Source: Nemertoderma westbladi | Taxonomy: Eukaryota > Animalia > Xenacoelomorpha | Length of the DNA: 64,000 nucleotides | Direction of reading: 5' to 3' | Assembly (NCBI GenBank): GCA_032718475.1 | Contig: JAUCBJ010001416.1 | Span: 101,361 to 165,360, forward strand | Shown: positions 10,484 through 20,678 of the stretch, one piece after another | How positions within the stretch are numbered: position 1 is the stretch's first letter | Layout: each line of letters opens with the position of its first letter | Made by a program: the position numbers and the translations under genes | The notes under the pieces: model-generated | Told to the model about the DNA's origin: nothing | The model's database searches: none | What the model saw: only the letters and a program-made list of their open reading frames with translations

Positions 10484-13400
10484 TTAGTCTTTCTTGCGCG
10501 GACGGCGTTTACGCAGTTTTTTAAAGCTAGCCAGAGTCCTTTTCTCTTTGGGGCGAGCCACTTTACAAGGAGGGCTATAACTCCTGGGTGAAGGGTGCAA
10601 TATGATTGCATCAGAGGGTGTAGGATTATGGTCGGTGTATCCGCCAGTCGAAGTACCGGGTTGATTGACATCAACGTCGGGGGAGAGGGGTCTAACGGCT
10701 TTGAGAGCTCGTTTTAAGACAGCCGCTCTTACGGGTCCTTTACGAGTGGTCTGAACGAGGGCCGTGGGTGGACCATAGGCAGTTAGAAACCTCCGGGGTT
10801 TAATGGTTCTTTCCAACTCGCGTTCGCGGGCTCGGTATTCGTAAGGCCGTCGATATACTTCCTGTAACTCGGGGTGTGAGTTAACAAACAAGTCTCCATA
10901 GTCCGGATCCTGACGGATATAATTGATTAAGTTATAGGAATGAAGGTCGCTAGGATTAACACTCCTGAGAAATTTGCGTACGAATTTGGTTGAAATACAT
11001 TCTCCGACGCGCTTCAGTAGCTCGTAACTCGATATGCGTGATTTCTGTTCGACCGAAGCGAATAGATAAGGATGGAACGCATAAACTCCTTCGTAAGCGC
11101 GTCCGGGATAATAGCGATGGCGCGAATCACAATGTAAATCAGCGTTCGCTTCCCAAGCTCTGATGTAACGTAGTGTGATCATTTCATCTACGCTTTCCAA
11201 ATCGTGATTAAAAGGGCAATCGAAACTGGCGTGTCCCTTTAGTTGACAATGGTGACATTGAGTCATAAATTGAGGGCAAACCGCAAAAATATGCAAGTTA
11301 TTGAGTCTGCAATAGGCGCAATAAATACCAGTATTAGTAAAAGGTGGTTCATAGAAGCTTACTCGTTCCCTAGGTAATTCTGCCTCTCGCTGTGTTAAAG
11401 GCCTACTGAATGCTTTCCTACAGGGTATGCAGTTCCTAAGAACTTGGTTCAGAGCTCTACGGGGTTTATCAAAATAATAGCGAGTTCGAATTTCGCTAAG
11501 AACTCGTTCTCTACCAGCATGATAAAGTTTGCTGTGGACATCTACAATCATCTTGATTTGTACTTCAAGATTTCTAATGAGTATGGGGAATTTAGTGTCA
11601 AAGGATAAGGGCGCATTGGTGAGTCTTCCTCCAACACGTATTAGCCCATCTATCATTGTGCTCGAGAATCGATCCCTTAAGCGCATCTGCGGATTTCTCA
11701 ACAACAGGAAATACTTTTCGGAATCCTCATAGCATTGCAGGAGTCTCAGTATCTGCTTATTGGTTTCTTCATGCTCCTGGTGACTAATTTTCTCCTTTAG
11801 AAAACGATCCGATGTCTTATATTTGGGTAAATTTTTAATAACATGAACTTGTGCAGATGTCAATGGAGCGGTATCACTAGTGGTCTTCGTCCTGGAGTAG
11901 TGATGATGAAAACATCGTCTTAAATATGTGACGGCTTTACAGAGCCGATTCCAGGAACTGTAGTGATGCATTGCTCTCTGCAGCATGGGTGAGATTCCTT
12001 GCGAGACGTCTGGTATTCCAGATTTCCAATCTCTATCTCTAATTTCCACAACAGACTTATTTGTGTTGAGGGATTGTGGATCCGAAGCATCATTCCCGGA
12101 AGTATGTAATACAGATAGATCGATAGTCGGTTTAAATAACTTCGATTTACTCGCCCGGGTTTTAGGTTTGACTGTCTCCGCCCCCTTGGCTTGTCTAATC
12201 TCCGCCGTAGTAAGGTGAGGAGGCCATTCATCCTCTTCCTTGCTCAGGAAGTCGGGTCCACCCAACCAGTCTGGAGTATCTATCAGTTCCTGTGGAGTTG
12301 CTCCCCGTGAGGCGATATCGGCTGGATTAATCGTACCAGGGCAATGTCTCCATTGATCTATCTTTGTGCGACTAAGAATAATAGCTACCCTGTTAGTAAC
12401 AAAAACGCTGAACTGACAGACTTCATTGGTTAGATACTCCAACACGAGTAAAGCGTCGGTCCAATAAACCGTTTTCTCCAGTGGATAGTCGATTTGTTCC
12501 GTTACGTTCCGGCCGATGGCTGTAGCGTATAAAGCCGCCTTTAACTCCGCTCGAGGAACCTTTAACTTGTTGTTAATCAATGCCTTAGAGGTAACCAAGG
12601 CGACTTTGATTCCATCCGGGGTTTCGACTCGCTGATATGCTACTATACCTATTCCCATGTCGCTGGCGTCTCCAAACACATGGAGTTGATAGGAATACGT
12701 AGGAAGAACATGGCCAAAATATGCACGGGAAATTATAAAGTTCTCGATGGCAGGTAGAGAATCTTCCCATTTCATCCATTTCTTTAACAATTCTCCCTTA
12801 AGCGGATCGTCCCATGAGTGGTTTTCAAGCCACATTTGTTGTACTAAACTCCGAGCAATCAATATAACTGGGCTTATAAATCCCAATGGGTCGAAATAAG
12901 TGCTCAGGATACTTAAACAAATCCGTTTGGTCCGAACTGGATTATCTCGCTGTTTTAACTGAAAAAACAGGATGTCTCTTTCAGTGTCCCACTTCAAGCC
13001 AAGCGTCTTGGTTTCAGGAAGATCGTCCTTTATTAAGTCTAGGTCTTTCGCTCCTCGGTCTTCTACCGGTATCGCTTCCAGAAACTCACGGGAGTTGCTG
13101 GTGAATTTCGTCAGTCGAAATCCACCTCTTTTCAAACACTCTACCGTTCCTTTCGCGACATCTATGGCTTCTTCTACTGATGGAAGGGACCTTAAATTGT
13201 CGTCCATGTATATATTCCGTTTGATGTTGTCTATCACCTCTTTTGAGAAGGAGCCTCGGTTGTCATTCGCAGTGGTTCGCACCACGGAGCAGGCGTTGGA
13301 TGGGCTTGATATGATTCCAAAAGCCTGGATGGTCATCCAGTACTCTACCGGTTTCTGATTGAGGTCTCCTTCAGGCCACCACAGAAATCTCAGGCTGTCT

Positions 13401-14497
13401 CTATCTCTATCTAGCGCCTTGACTTGTAAGAACATTCCTTCTATATCGGAGGCGAACGCGATGGAATATTGTCTTAATCTTAAAAGTATTCCCAACAAAG
13501 ATTGGAGTAAGTTGGGTCCTGGTAACAACTCGGAATTGAGGGATTGGCCCATATATAGGGCGGAGCCATCGAATACGACTCGTACTTCGTGGGGTTTACC
13601 GGGTTTGGGAACGTAATGATGTGTTAAGTAATACGTTCTCTCAGTCACTGGTGTTCCTTCCGGTACTCGCTCCGCGTATCCCTTTGTTATAAATTTCTTC
13701 AGCTGAGTTTGGTACATTTCTTTAGCTGGAGCATTAGCCGTAAGGCGTCGATGTAATTGAGCGATTCTTTTCTCTGCCAAGGGTCTGTTATTTATAAATC
13801 TAGGTTCTCGTTTTCGAAATGGCAGGCCGATTTCATATCTACCTTGGTCCTTTAAAAAACGTGTAGTTGTTTCCTGGATTTGTTTGGCTCTTTCTTCTTC
13901 TATCGATAGGGCCTTATCATATGAATTGGGCTCTACCAGTTCTTGAGTAAAGAATCGTACGGCTAGTTCGTCCCGAGTTCTAGCGTTGTAGCGCTCTATC
14001 TCATCGTTTAGTTCGTCATTGTAAGCGATGGGTTCCGATGGGCGAATCAGTTGACATAGGTTCACCTGATTTTTCCAAGTTTGGTTTTCTGTAAGTAGGT
14101 CGATTGTGTTCTCTTCATCGAAGAGTTGGTAGATGTCGTCATTATCTGAAGAGTATGGTGTTTCCTCAGTTAGTTCGTCCACCTCACTGCTCTCCACTTC
14201 CCAATCGTTTACTTGGGATATTCGTTCTTGTGGCATTCTCTCTTCGAGAGTCCTGCGGGAAGGGCCAGTAAAGTACCAACCTACTCTAGTTCTTACCGCA
14301 TAGGTTTGCAGTGGCTGCGGTTGAGCAGGCCGTTTCTCCAATGTCTCGAGCGCCTCATGCGCGTTTTGGCCGATGAGTATTTGCACTCCAGGATAATCTG
14401 TCTGGAATCGAGGTATCTTAAGATGTTGGATGCTTTCATCCTCGTCCCAATTATAAAGGTCTGCTTGAGTAGTAGCGAAGTTCTTTATAGCCACCAT
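10484..14497 (-). CDS. Pol: protease C-half, RT, RNase H, integrase HHCC finger, then an atypical zinc-knuckle C-terminal domain (no DDE core)
   Basis: ILIGQN; VRVVFDGS, GPNLL, SDIEGMFLQV, YMDD (RT); FGDAS, PRAEL, WTDA, NPADIASRG (RNase H); H..LYHAG...CIPC; LPRERV..PPFTNTGI, after which similarity to integrase stops. Confidence 0.92.
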   Translation of the reverse strand: MVAIKNFATTQADLYNWDEDESIQHLKIPRFQTDYPGVQILIGQNAHEALETLEKRPAQPQPLQTYAVRTRVGWYFTGPSRRTLEERMPQERISQVNDWEVESSEVDELTEETPYSSDNDDIYQLFDEENTIDLLTENQTWKNQVNLCQLIRPSEPIAYNDELNDEIERYNARTRDELAVRFFTQELVEPNSYDKALSIEEERAKQIQETTTRFLKDQGRYEIGLPFRKREPRFINNRPLAEKRIAQLHRRLTANAPAKEMYQTQLKKFITKGYAERVPEGTPVTERTYYLTHHYVPKPGKPHEVRVVFDGSALYMGQSLNSELLPGPNLLQSLLGILLRLRQYSIAFASDIEGMFLQVKALDRDRDSLRFLWWPEGDLNQKPVEYWMTIQAFGIISSPSNACSVVRTTANDNRGSFSKEVIDNIKRNIYMDDNLRSLPSVEEAIDVAKGTVECLKRGGFRLTKFTSNSREFLEAIPVEDRGAKDLDLIKDDLPETKTLGLKWDTERDILFFQLKQRDNPVRTKRICLSILSTYFDPLGFISPVILIARSLVQQMWLENHSWDDPLKGELLKKWMKWEDSLPAIENFIISRAYFGHVLPTYSYQLHVFGDASDMGIGIVAYQRVETPDGIKVALVTSKALINNKLKVPRAELKAALYATAIGRNVTEQIDYPLEKTVYWTDALLVLEYLTNEVCQFSVFVTNRVAIILSRTKIDQWRHCPGTINPADIASRGATPQELIDTPDWLGGPDFLSKEEDEWPPHLTTAEIRQAKGAETVKPKTRASKSKLFKPTIDLSVLHTSGNDASDPQSLNTNKSVVEIRDRDWKSGIPDVSQGISPMLQRAMHHYSSWNRLCKAVTYLRRCFHHHYSRTKTTSDTAPLTSAQVHVIKNLPKYKTSDRFLKEKISHQEHEETNKQILRLLQCYEDSEKYFLLLRNPQMRLRDRFSSTMIDGLIRVGGRLTNAPLSFDTKFPILIRNLEVQIKMIVDVHSKLYHAGRERVLSEIRTRYYFDKPRRALNQVLRNCIPCRKAFSRPLTQREAELPRERVSFYEPPFTNTGIYCAYCRLNNLHIFAVCPQFMTQCHHCQLKGHASFDCPFNHDLESVDEMITLRYIRAWEANADLHCDSRHRYYPGRAYEGVYAFHPYLFASVEQKSRISSYELLKRVGECISTKFVRKFLRSVNPSDLHSYNLINYIRQDPDYGDLFVNSHPELQEVYRRPYEYRARERELERTIKPRRFLTAYGPPTALVQTTRKGPVRAAVLKRALKAVRPLSPDVDVNQPGTSTGGYTDHNPTPSDAIILHPSPRSYSPPCKVARPKEKRTLASFKKLRKRRPRKKD

Positions 14498-17400
14498 TTT
14501 ACCGACCTTATACCTTGTGCTCCTAACTTATCCTGGGGGGTGGACAATACACCTACATAGTAATCTGCCGTTAGGGTAGATTTCCAAACCTGCATAATTC
14601 CTGACATATTCAATTTAGTCCGGAATTTGGGTTGTCCAGCAAAGATATCTTCGGCTAGTTCTTGATCGATGAATGTTCCTGTACTGCCGGAGTCAAGGAG
14701 GGCATTCACTATGTAACTGTTGTTAAGACCGTGAACTCTTACCTGCACTACAGGAAATTCTCTGATTCCTACATTGGAAGTTGGAGCTTTCCAAGATGGT
14801 TGTCTGTCAAAGGTAGTTGGGGGGAACTCATTGTTGGTGTCCTTTTCATAAGTAAGTGCTCGATACACTGCGGTATTGATTAGATAACAGGATTCGTTGG
14901 CGTCGGAGAATTCGTCAGTATAGAATCCTTCCATCTCAGATTCTTGATCAGTGTCGTTTACATCACTGAATTGGACATGTAGTTCGGGCTCACTTACCTG
15001 ACCCGGGTTGTCTCGGTCGAACTCACTGTGTAACAAAATGTGATGTTTCGCGCTACACTTTGCACACTTTATGTCGGAGTAACAGGTTCGCCGTTGGTGT
15101 CCTGGTCTGAGGCAATTATAGCATAACCGCTTATCCCACACGACTGCACGTCTGTCTACAAGGGATTTCTTTAGAAATTCAGCACACGCACTCAAACGGT
15201 GGGTACCGTCGCACAGCGCACAGTTGGGTTTTATGTTACTCACTTTACCTTGGGTAACCTGATGCACTCTCGTTCTTTCTTCGGGCTTTCTTCGGTGCAT
15301 TCTGTTAGGAGACTGAGGAGGGGTCTTGGCAACCTGTTCTCTCCTATCGTTGTTTCGAGCCTTGTATTTACTTACGTCTTTTGAGGTTTTTTCAACGTAG
15401 TAAGATCTATCAGTGTCTTTCCCGCTGTCCTCTTCTTGAGAAGCTTGGCTTTCGCCGTCGTCAGTGTAACACACCGGTGTTACTCTTCTCCTAGAAGCGG
15501 GTTTCTCACTTAACTTATTTTCCGATGTTTTCTCTCTGGACTGCTTGATGAGTTGTAGTTTTACTTCACCATCTAAGAAGGACATGAGATCAGCCATGGT
15601 AGGGCTTCGTCGTTGTTGTTCATTCATGTACAACACTTTCTTGTCCCAACGCGTACATACCCCACCCTTTGATAAAGTAGAGACTACTGCTCCAATAACC
15701 ATGGAACTCTGATATTCATGAGACTTACCTAACCAGTCCAATTGTCTACAGATCTCCTGAATCTCATCGGAAAACTCTATAATACCGCTACTAAGGAAGT
15801 TTCGGGGGGCTACTAATTTTGCATACAAATACTTAGCTATGTTATCCTTGTTACCATACCTGATGTTTAATGTATCCCAAACTTGTCTTAATCCTTCTGG
15901 ATGTCCAATAAACTTTAACGCCATTAACTTGGGAGGTCCTTCCAAGCACTTGATGAGGAACCTAAGTTTCTCTCCGTTAGATAGCACAGAGTTCTGTATG
16001 CTGTCTTTGTAATATTCGTTGAAAGGTAACCATTTCATCTCATCTCCATTGAATTTGACGATCTCTCCCACTTTGACCGCTTGGCGGGCTTCTGTTCTAG
16101 CCATCTGACGCGTAAAGCTTTCTTGGGCCATCGTGTTATTTAATATCGAATTATCGGTATATAAATTTCTCGGATCATTGTCAGGTCTATAGGGAATATC
16201 ATTAACAACAGGTCTATAATCACCCTTAACAGGGTTTGCTATAGGAGTTTCTACTTCACTAGCAGTATAGATGCGTGTAGGCTCCACACCTTGCGCATGT
16301 AATACTTCAGACCTAACAGGTTGACACAATTTTACAGGGGGTATTGGTATACCTTTTTGTATGTTGACTAATTTGTCGCGTTCTAGTGCGATACTGTGCT
16401 GCACTTCTTGCAATTCTGCCTTACCTCCCCTTACTGTTCCCTTAAGTTGGTGGACAGTCTCCTGCATCTGTCCGAGCAGGAGATTCATCCCCCGCCGTCC
16501 CTCCTCTACCCACTCGACCGCCGAAGCGGGAGTCGCCAACATTGTAGCGGGCTGACGCGGGACGACGGGAGACAAATCTTTGATTTCTCTCTCAGCTTCC
16601 AGGACAGGGATATTCTCATGGACTGTTCTACCGGGTACAGGCAGTGTAGTACTGTGTAAAGGAAATTTAGAGTTAAGCTCTGGAAGTACAGGGGTCTCTA
16701 GCACAGGAGTGACTTTGGGAACGACAGGCCTAATTATTTCAGGCTCATCAACTATAGTAGGGAGTTTTTTGACCTTAATAATTTGGTCTGTAGGTTCTAT
16801 ACTACTTAAGTCGGTGCTAGCTAGTTGTCTTCTAACAGCTGGGGGCAAATCAGGCAATTTGTGACGGTAAGATGTTTTTCTACGCCTGCTTAGACGAGAT
16901 CTGTTTCCTCCGCCTTCAGGATCGGTGGTTTCGCTTTCCTCCAATGACGTATATCCCTGGCGTTTGGGAGTAGATCTTCTGTTCATCTGCAATTGACTAG
17001 CAGTTAACTGTTTATTTATGTTGTCTTGCGTCTCTTGCAGATTTTCCAACTCCAGTTGGGTAGTCTCCTCAGAGGCTCTCCGTTCTGCTTCTGCCACTGC
17101 CTTTGCTGCTTTTCTTTCTGCTTCTGCTTCTGCCGCCGCTGCCTTTCTTTCTGCTTCTACTTCTGCCATTGCCGCTGTTACTTTTCTTTCTGCTTCTGCT
17201 TCTGCCGCCGCTGCCTTTCTTTCTGCTTTTACTTCTGCCATTGCCGCTGTTACTGCAGCTGCCTTTCGGTCCTCTATCCGTCTTTTCTTTACTAGTTCTT
17301 CTTGGACTCTAGTGAGGCGGAGTTTTTCATCAAACTCAGCTTGGTTAGCAGCTAACATTTCAGCATCGATTGAGTCTAACACACGCTGGGTTCCTTCACT

Positions 17401-18441
17401 ATTAGGGGAAAGTCCAGACAGCCGTCTCCTCAACTCTTCGTCTCCTAGGAATCGCTGATAGTCGGACAGATATATGTCGATGGCGTCTCTCGTTCGTGGT
17501 CTCTCTGCAGTCTCTTCGCCTTCCACTTGAGAAAGGGTGGCATCGGTTGGTTCTTCATAGGTTAGTCTCTCAGACAGCTGGGATTTCCACTGGTCCGTTT
17601 CTTGTACTTTGAGACCTACCCGCTGGAACCAAGTTTTGACAGCAACCTGCAGCGACGTGTCCTGTCTTCTTTTGGAAGTTTCCTCAAAGGCTGATAGGAT
17701 TAGTCTAATGCGTAGGGTTCTTTCGCGTACTTGATATAGCAGCTCTTCCTGCTCTTGAGGTCCTTGGGGTTGTCGAAACAGTTGTTCTTCCAATCGCTCC
17801 AAGGAGCCGAAGAATCCCTGCACATATCCTGCTGCCGACCTCTTCCAAACAGCTGGGTCCATTGTATCTTTAGTCACTCCCATCCTGTGTATATCTTCCC
17901 AAGTAGCCTCGGACAAATCTAACGGGAGTCCGGGTCCGGGAAAGTTCCATTGTGACTCGACAATAGACTTCAATTCTTCCCTGGCGTATCCCGCATAATT
18001 ATCTTGGGTCGCTCGCTTACTTCTCGCCCAATCGGCTTGATGTTCCTCCACCGCAATCAATATAGTAGTTAGCACTGCGGCAGGAAGGGTGAGAAGGGGA
18101 TCCGAGTAGGCTGTAGCCGCCATCTGCAATCCGCGTTCGGGGGTCAGCTCGACAGTATCCGAACTACTGGAGCTATCGGATCGCTGGGAACAAGTTTCTT
18201 GACTAGGCTGTTGCTGCTGTGGGACAGCTGCTTCCTGGTTCCGTTTGACTTGGGCCCGAGTGCCGATGATAGACCTACGGTGTTGGATTAGCTTAGGGTC
18301 TGATACTACTACTGGAGGGATGACCTTTCTTTCAGTGGGAGGTGAGCTGAACTCCTTTCTTAATCGCTCCACACTCCTATCTGTGTCACAGATGGTTGTA
18401 TCGATTAGACTGTCTGACAGGTTTTGCTGAGTGTCAGACAT
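14485..18441 (-). CDS. Gag plus N-half of aspartic protease (1318 aa)
   Basis: KFNGDEMKW..F..LSNGEKLRFL..CLEG (DUF1759-like); CALCDGTHRLSAC, CYNCLRPGHQRRTC, CAKCSAKHHILLH; LLDSGSTGTFI. Confidence 0.92.
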   Translation of the reverse strand: MSDTQQNLSDSLIDTTICDTDRSVERLRKEFSSPPTERKVIPPVVVSDPKLIQHRRSIIGTRAQVKRNQEAAVPQQQQPSQETCSQRSDSSSSSDTVELTPERGLQMAATAYSDPLLTLPAAVLTTILIAVEEHQADWARSKRATQDNYAGYAREELKSIVESQWNFPGPGLPLDLSEATWEDIHRMGVTKDTMDPAVWKRSAAGYVQGFFGSLERLEEQLFRQPQGPQEQEELLYQVRERTLRIRLILSAFEETSKRRQDTSLQVAVKTWFQRVGLKVQETDQWKSQLSERLTYEEPTDATLSQVEGEETAERPRTRDAIDIYLSDYQRFLGDEELRRRLSGLSPNSEGTQRVLDSIDAEMLAANQAEFDEKLRLTRVQEELVKKRRIEDRKAAAVTAAMAEVKAERKAAAAEAEAERKVTAAMAEVEAERKAAAAEAEAERKAAKAVAEAERRASEETTQLELENLQETQDNINKQLTASQLQMNRRSTPKRQGYTSLEESETTDPEGGGNRSRLSRRRKTSYRHKLPDLPPAVRRQLASTDLSSIEPTDQIIKVKKLPTIVDEPEIIRPVVPKVTPVLETPVLPELNSKFPLHSTTLPVPGRTVHENIPVLEAEREIKDLSPVVPRQPATMLATPASAVEWVEEGRRGMNLLLGQMQETVHQLKGTVRGGKAELQEVQHSIALERDKLVNIQKGIPIPPVKLCQPVRSEVLHAQGVEPTRIYTASEVETPIANPVKGDYRPVVNDIPYRPDNDPRNLYTDNSILNNTMAQESFTRQMARTEARQAVKVGEIVKFNGDEMKWLPFNEYYKDSIQNSVLSNGEKLRFLIKCLEGPPKLMALKFIGHPEGLRQVWDTLNIRYGNKDNIAKYLYAKLVAPRNFLSSGIIEFSDEIQEICRQLDWLGKSHEYQSSMVIGAVVSTLSKGGVCTRWDKKVLYMNEQQRRSPTMADLMSFLDGEVKLQLIKQSREKTSENKLSEKPASRRRVTPVCYTDDGESQASQEEDSGKDTDRSYYVEKTSKDVSKYKARNNDRREQVAKTPPQSPNRMHRRKPEERTRVHQVTQGKVSNIKPNCALCDGTHRLSACAEFLKKSLVDRRAVVWDKRLCYNCLRPGHQRRTCYSDIKCAKCSAKHHILLHSEFDRDNPGQVSEPELHVQFSDVNDTDQESEMEGFYTDEFSDANESCYLINTAVYRALTYEKDTNNEFPPTTFDRQPSWKAPTSNVGIREFPVVQVRVHGLNNSYIVNALLDSGSTGTFIDQELAEDIFAGQPKFRTKLNMSGIMQVWKSTLTADYYVGVLSTPQDKLGAQGIRSVKWWL

Positions 18442-19789
18442 GTTTAGCTATACGGTTGAATGCCTACTGCTATAGTTACAGTTAAAACAAGTCTAGTAAT
18501 TCAGTATGACCGTTGGCCTAGTGCCGGTAATTTATTACAGTATATTAGAATACCGGTATACACTTATAGTATATATAAGTATTGTAAACTAGGTTTGTCA
18601 CAGAGTACCGGTATATAATTTTAGCACAAATATATATAAATATATAATAGGCCTATTGTGAATACCGGTATGCAGCTTACACTTATAGTATATATAAGTA
18701 TAATTATGAACTAGAATTAATTACAGAATACCGGTATGATTTCAGCTCAAATTTATACAAATAAATATAATAAGCCTATGGTAAATACCGGTATGTCAAT
18801 TATTTTAGAATAATTGAATTTCTGAATATTTTAGGGTTACTTGGTTACTTTAACTTACTTTATTACCGTTATTTAAGCAGTTGTCCAACTGATATTGAGA
18901 CCTAGTTGTTGTATGGCAGGCCTACTATTTATAAATCGTTTGAGTTGATTTATAATAGATATATTCCCGTTTAAAAAGGGGTTTTATCAATATTTGAAAT
19001 AAATGTTATTATTTCTGGGGGAGTCACTACACAGAAGCTGTGCGCTCTCAGTGAAGTGCTACCTATGGGACACTAAAACAGATAATTCTAATTTACCTAA
19101 GTTACTTAATACTACAAATTACTTACGATACGGGTGAGATTAAATCTCTAATTAAACACAACAAAAATATTACGTACGAAATTTTAGGGTAATTTTACAG
19201 GAAGTCTACAAACCAGTCTAACAAAGGGTTAGAATTCTGGTTATTACAACGGACAGGGTACTACGGTATTTGAAAATAATAAGTAGTAGTAAATACACTG
19301 CGTTGTCCAGATAGGAAAATACCACCGCCTGACGACCTATAACCGTATCGCTATAGGTACTACGTTATGTATCACGGAGTGTTCCTACCTAGAAGTTAAT
19401 TACCGCGGACTACCAGATCCAGCGTGCCTATTAACCACTTTACAACACAAAATATACTGCCTACACACTAATTACCTCGGAAAGCACTGTACACTAAACC
19501 CTAAATTAGGTACAAGTACTGGTACAACAAATAATCAGTAGTTAAATATACTTGAACAGTTAAAAGAACCACGGCATCTGCTGGAGTGACCGAAGCACAA
19601 AGTCACCAGTCTTTTCCTACGCCAAGCAGCCCGTGTAGTACCGGGGTTAATTTAACTATAACGGTATGTGTAACAAACACAATTACTGTAGGAATAAACT
19701 TGGGGACATGAATGTTGCGAATAATCGCATAAACTCTGAATAATAAATATTACGCTACCCGTACAGAATACTCAAACAAATACAAACCA

Positions 19790-20265
19790 AAACGCTGGCA
19801 GACTACCACCAAGCCTAAATAAACTACTGTATGTGCAGATTCCAAAATGGTTAGTTAGTATGCGTTCTAACACGGTAGTACGACTTATTCTTTAAGAGGG
19901 GATTGACCTTACAGCTATGGCTGCCCCAACTTACTAACTGGCACTTTATCAGACAAACTCTACACAAGCAGCAATCTATTCAGACCTAATAATAGCTAAA
20001 CAACAATCCAGCCTACAAAATATCTGAGTAATAACTATTACGGTACCTGAACAGACCACACAAACAAACACAGGCCAAAACGTTGGCAGAATACTGTCAA
20101 GCCTAAATAAACTACAGTATGTGCAGATTCCAAATTGGTTAGTTAGTATGCGTTCTAACACGGTAGTACGACTTATTCTTTAAGAGGGGATTGACCTTAC
20201 AGCTATGGCTGCCCCAACTTACTAACTGGCACTCTATCGGACAAACTCTACACACGCCGCAATCT
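19790..20265. repeat. ~190-bp direct duplication in the retrotransposon 5' leader
   Basis: ~19790-19977 repeated at ~20077-20265 (AAGCCTAAATAAACTAC...GCTGCCCCAACTTACTAACTGGCAC). Confidence 0.9.
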
Positions 20266-20678
20266 CTCCAAACCCAACAACAATCCGACAACAGTCCGGC
20301 CTACAGTTATCTGAACAATCTGAGCAGACTTACACGTCTTCAGCTCAATATTAACTTACTAGGAAATAAAACTGACAGAAATAGACCTAAGTAAAATCCC
20401 AATAAAAACCAGGCGTCCCCGATTTAATATCGAGACCTACCGGTATACAATAATCAAAATCGAATAATACTAATGTACTTATACTGGAAGTACCGGTTAG
20501 GACAGTTGGGCCTACGGACCTACAGAAGTACCGGTTCTGGCAGTTGGACCTACGGACCTACAGCAGTACCGGTTCTGGCAGTTGGGCCTACTGACCTACA
20601 GAAGTACCGGTTCAGGTTTACCGGTCGACCGGTACTTTCAACTTTATTGCTTACTGCAATAAAGTCAATAACTGTTAT

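Noticed and set aside
17018-17458. Ala/Ser-, Cys/Phe- and Leu-rich plus-strand ORFs
   Set aside because: Antisense readings of the Gag helical repeat.
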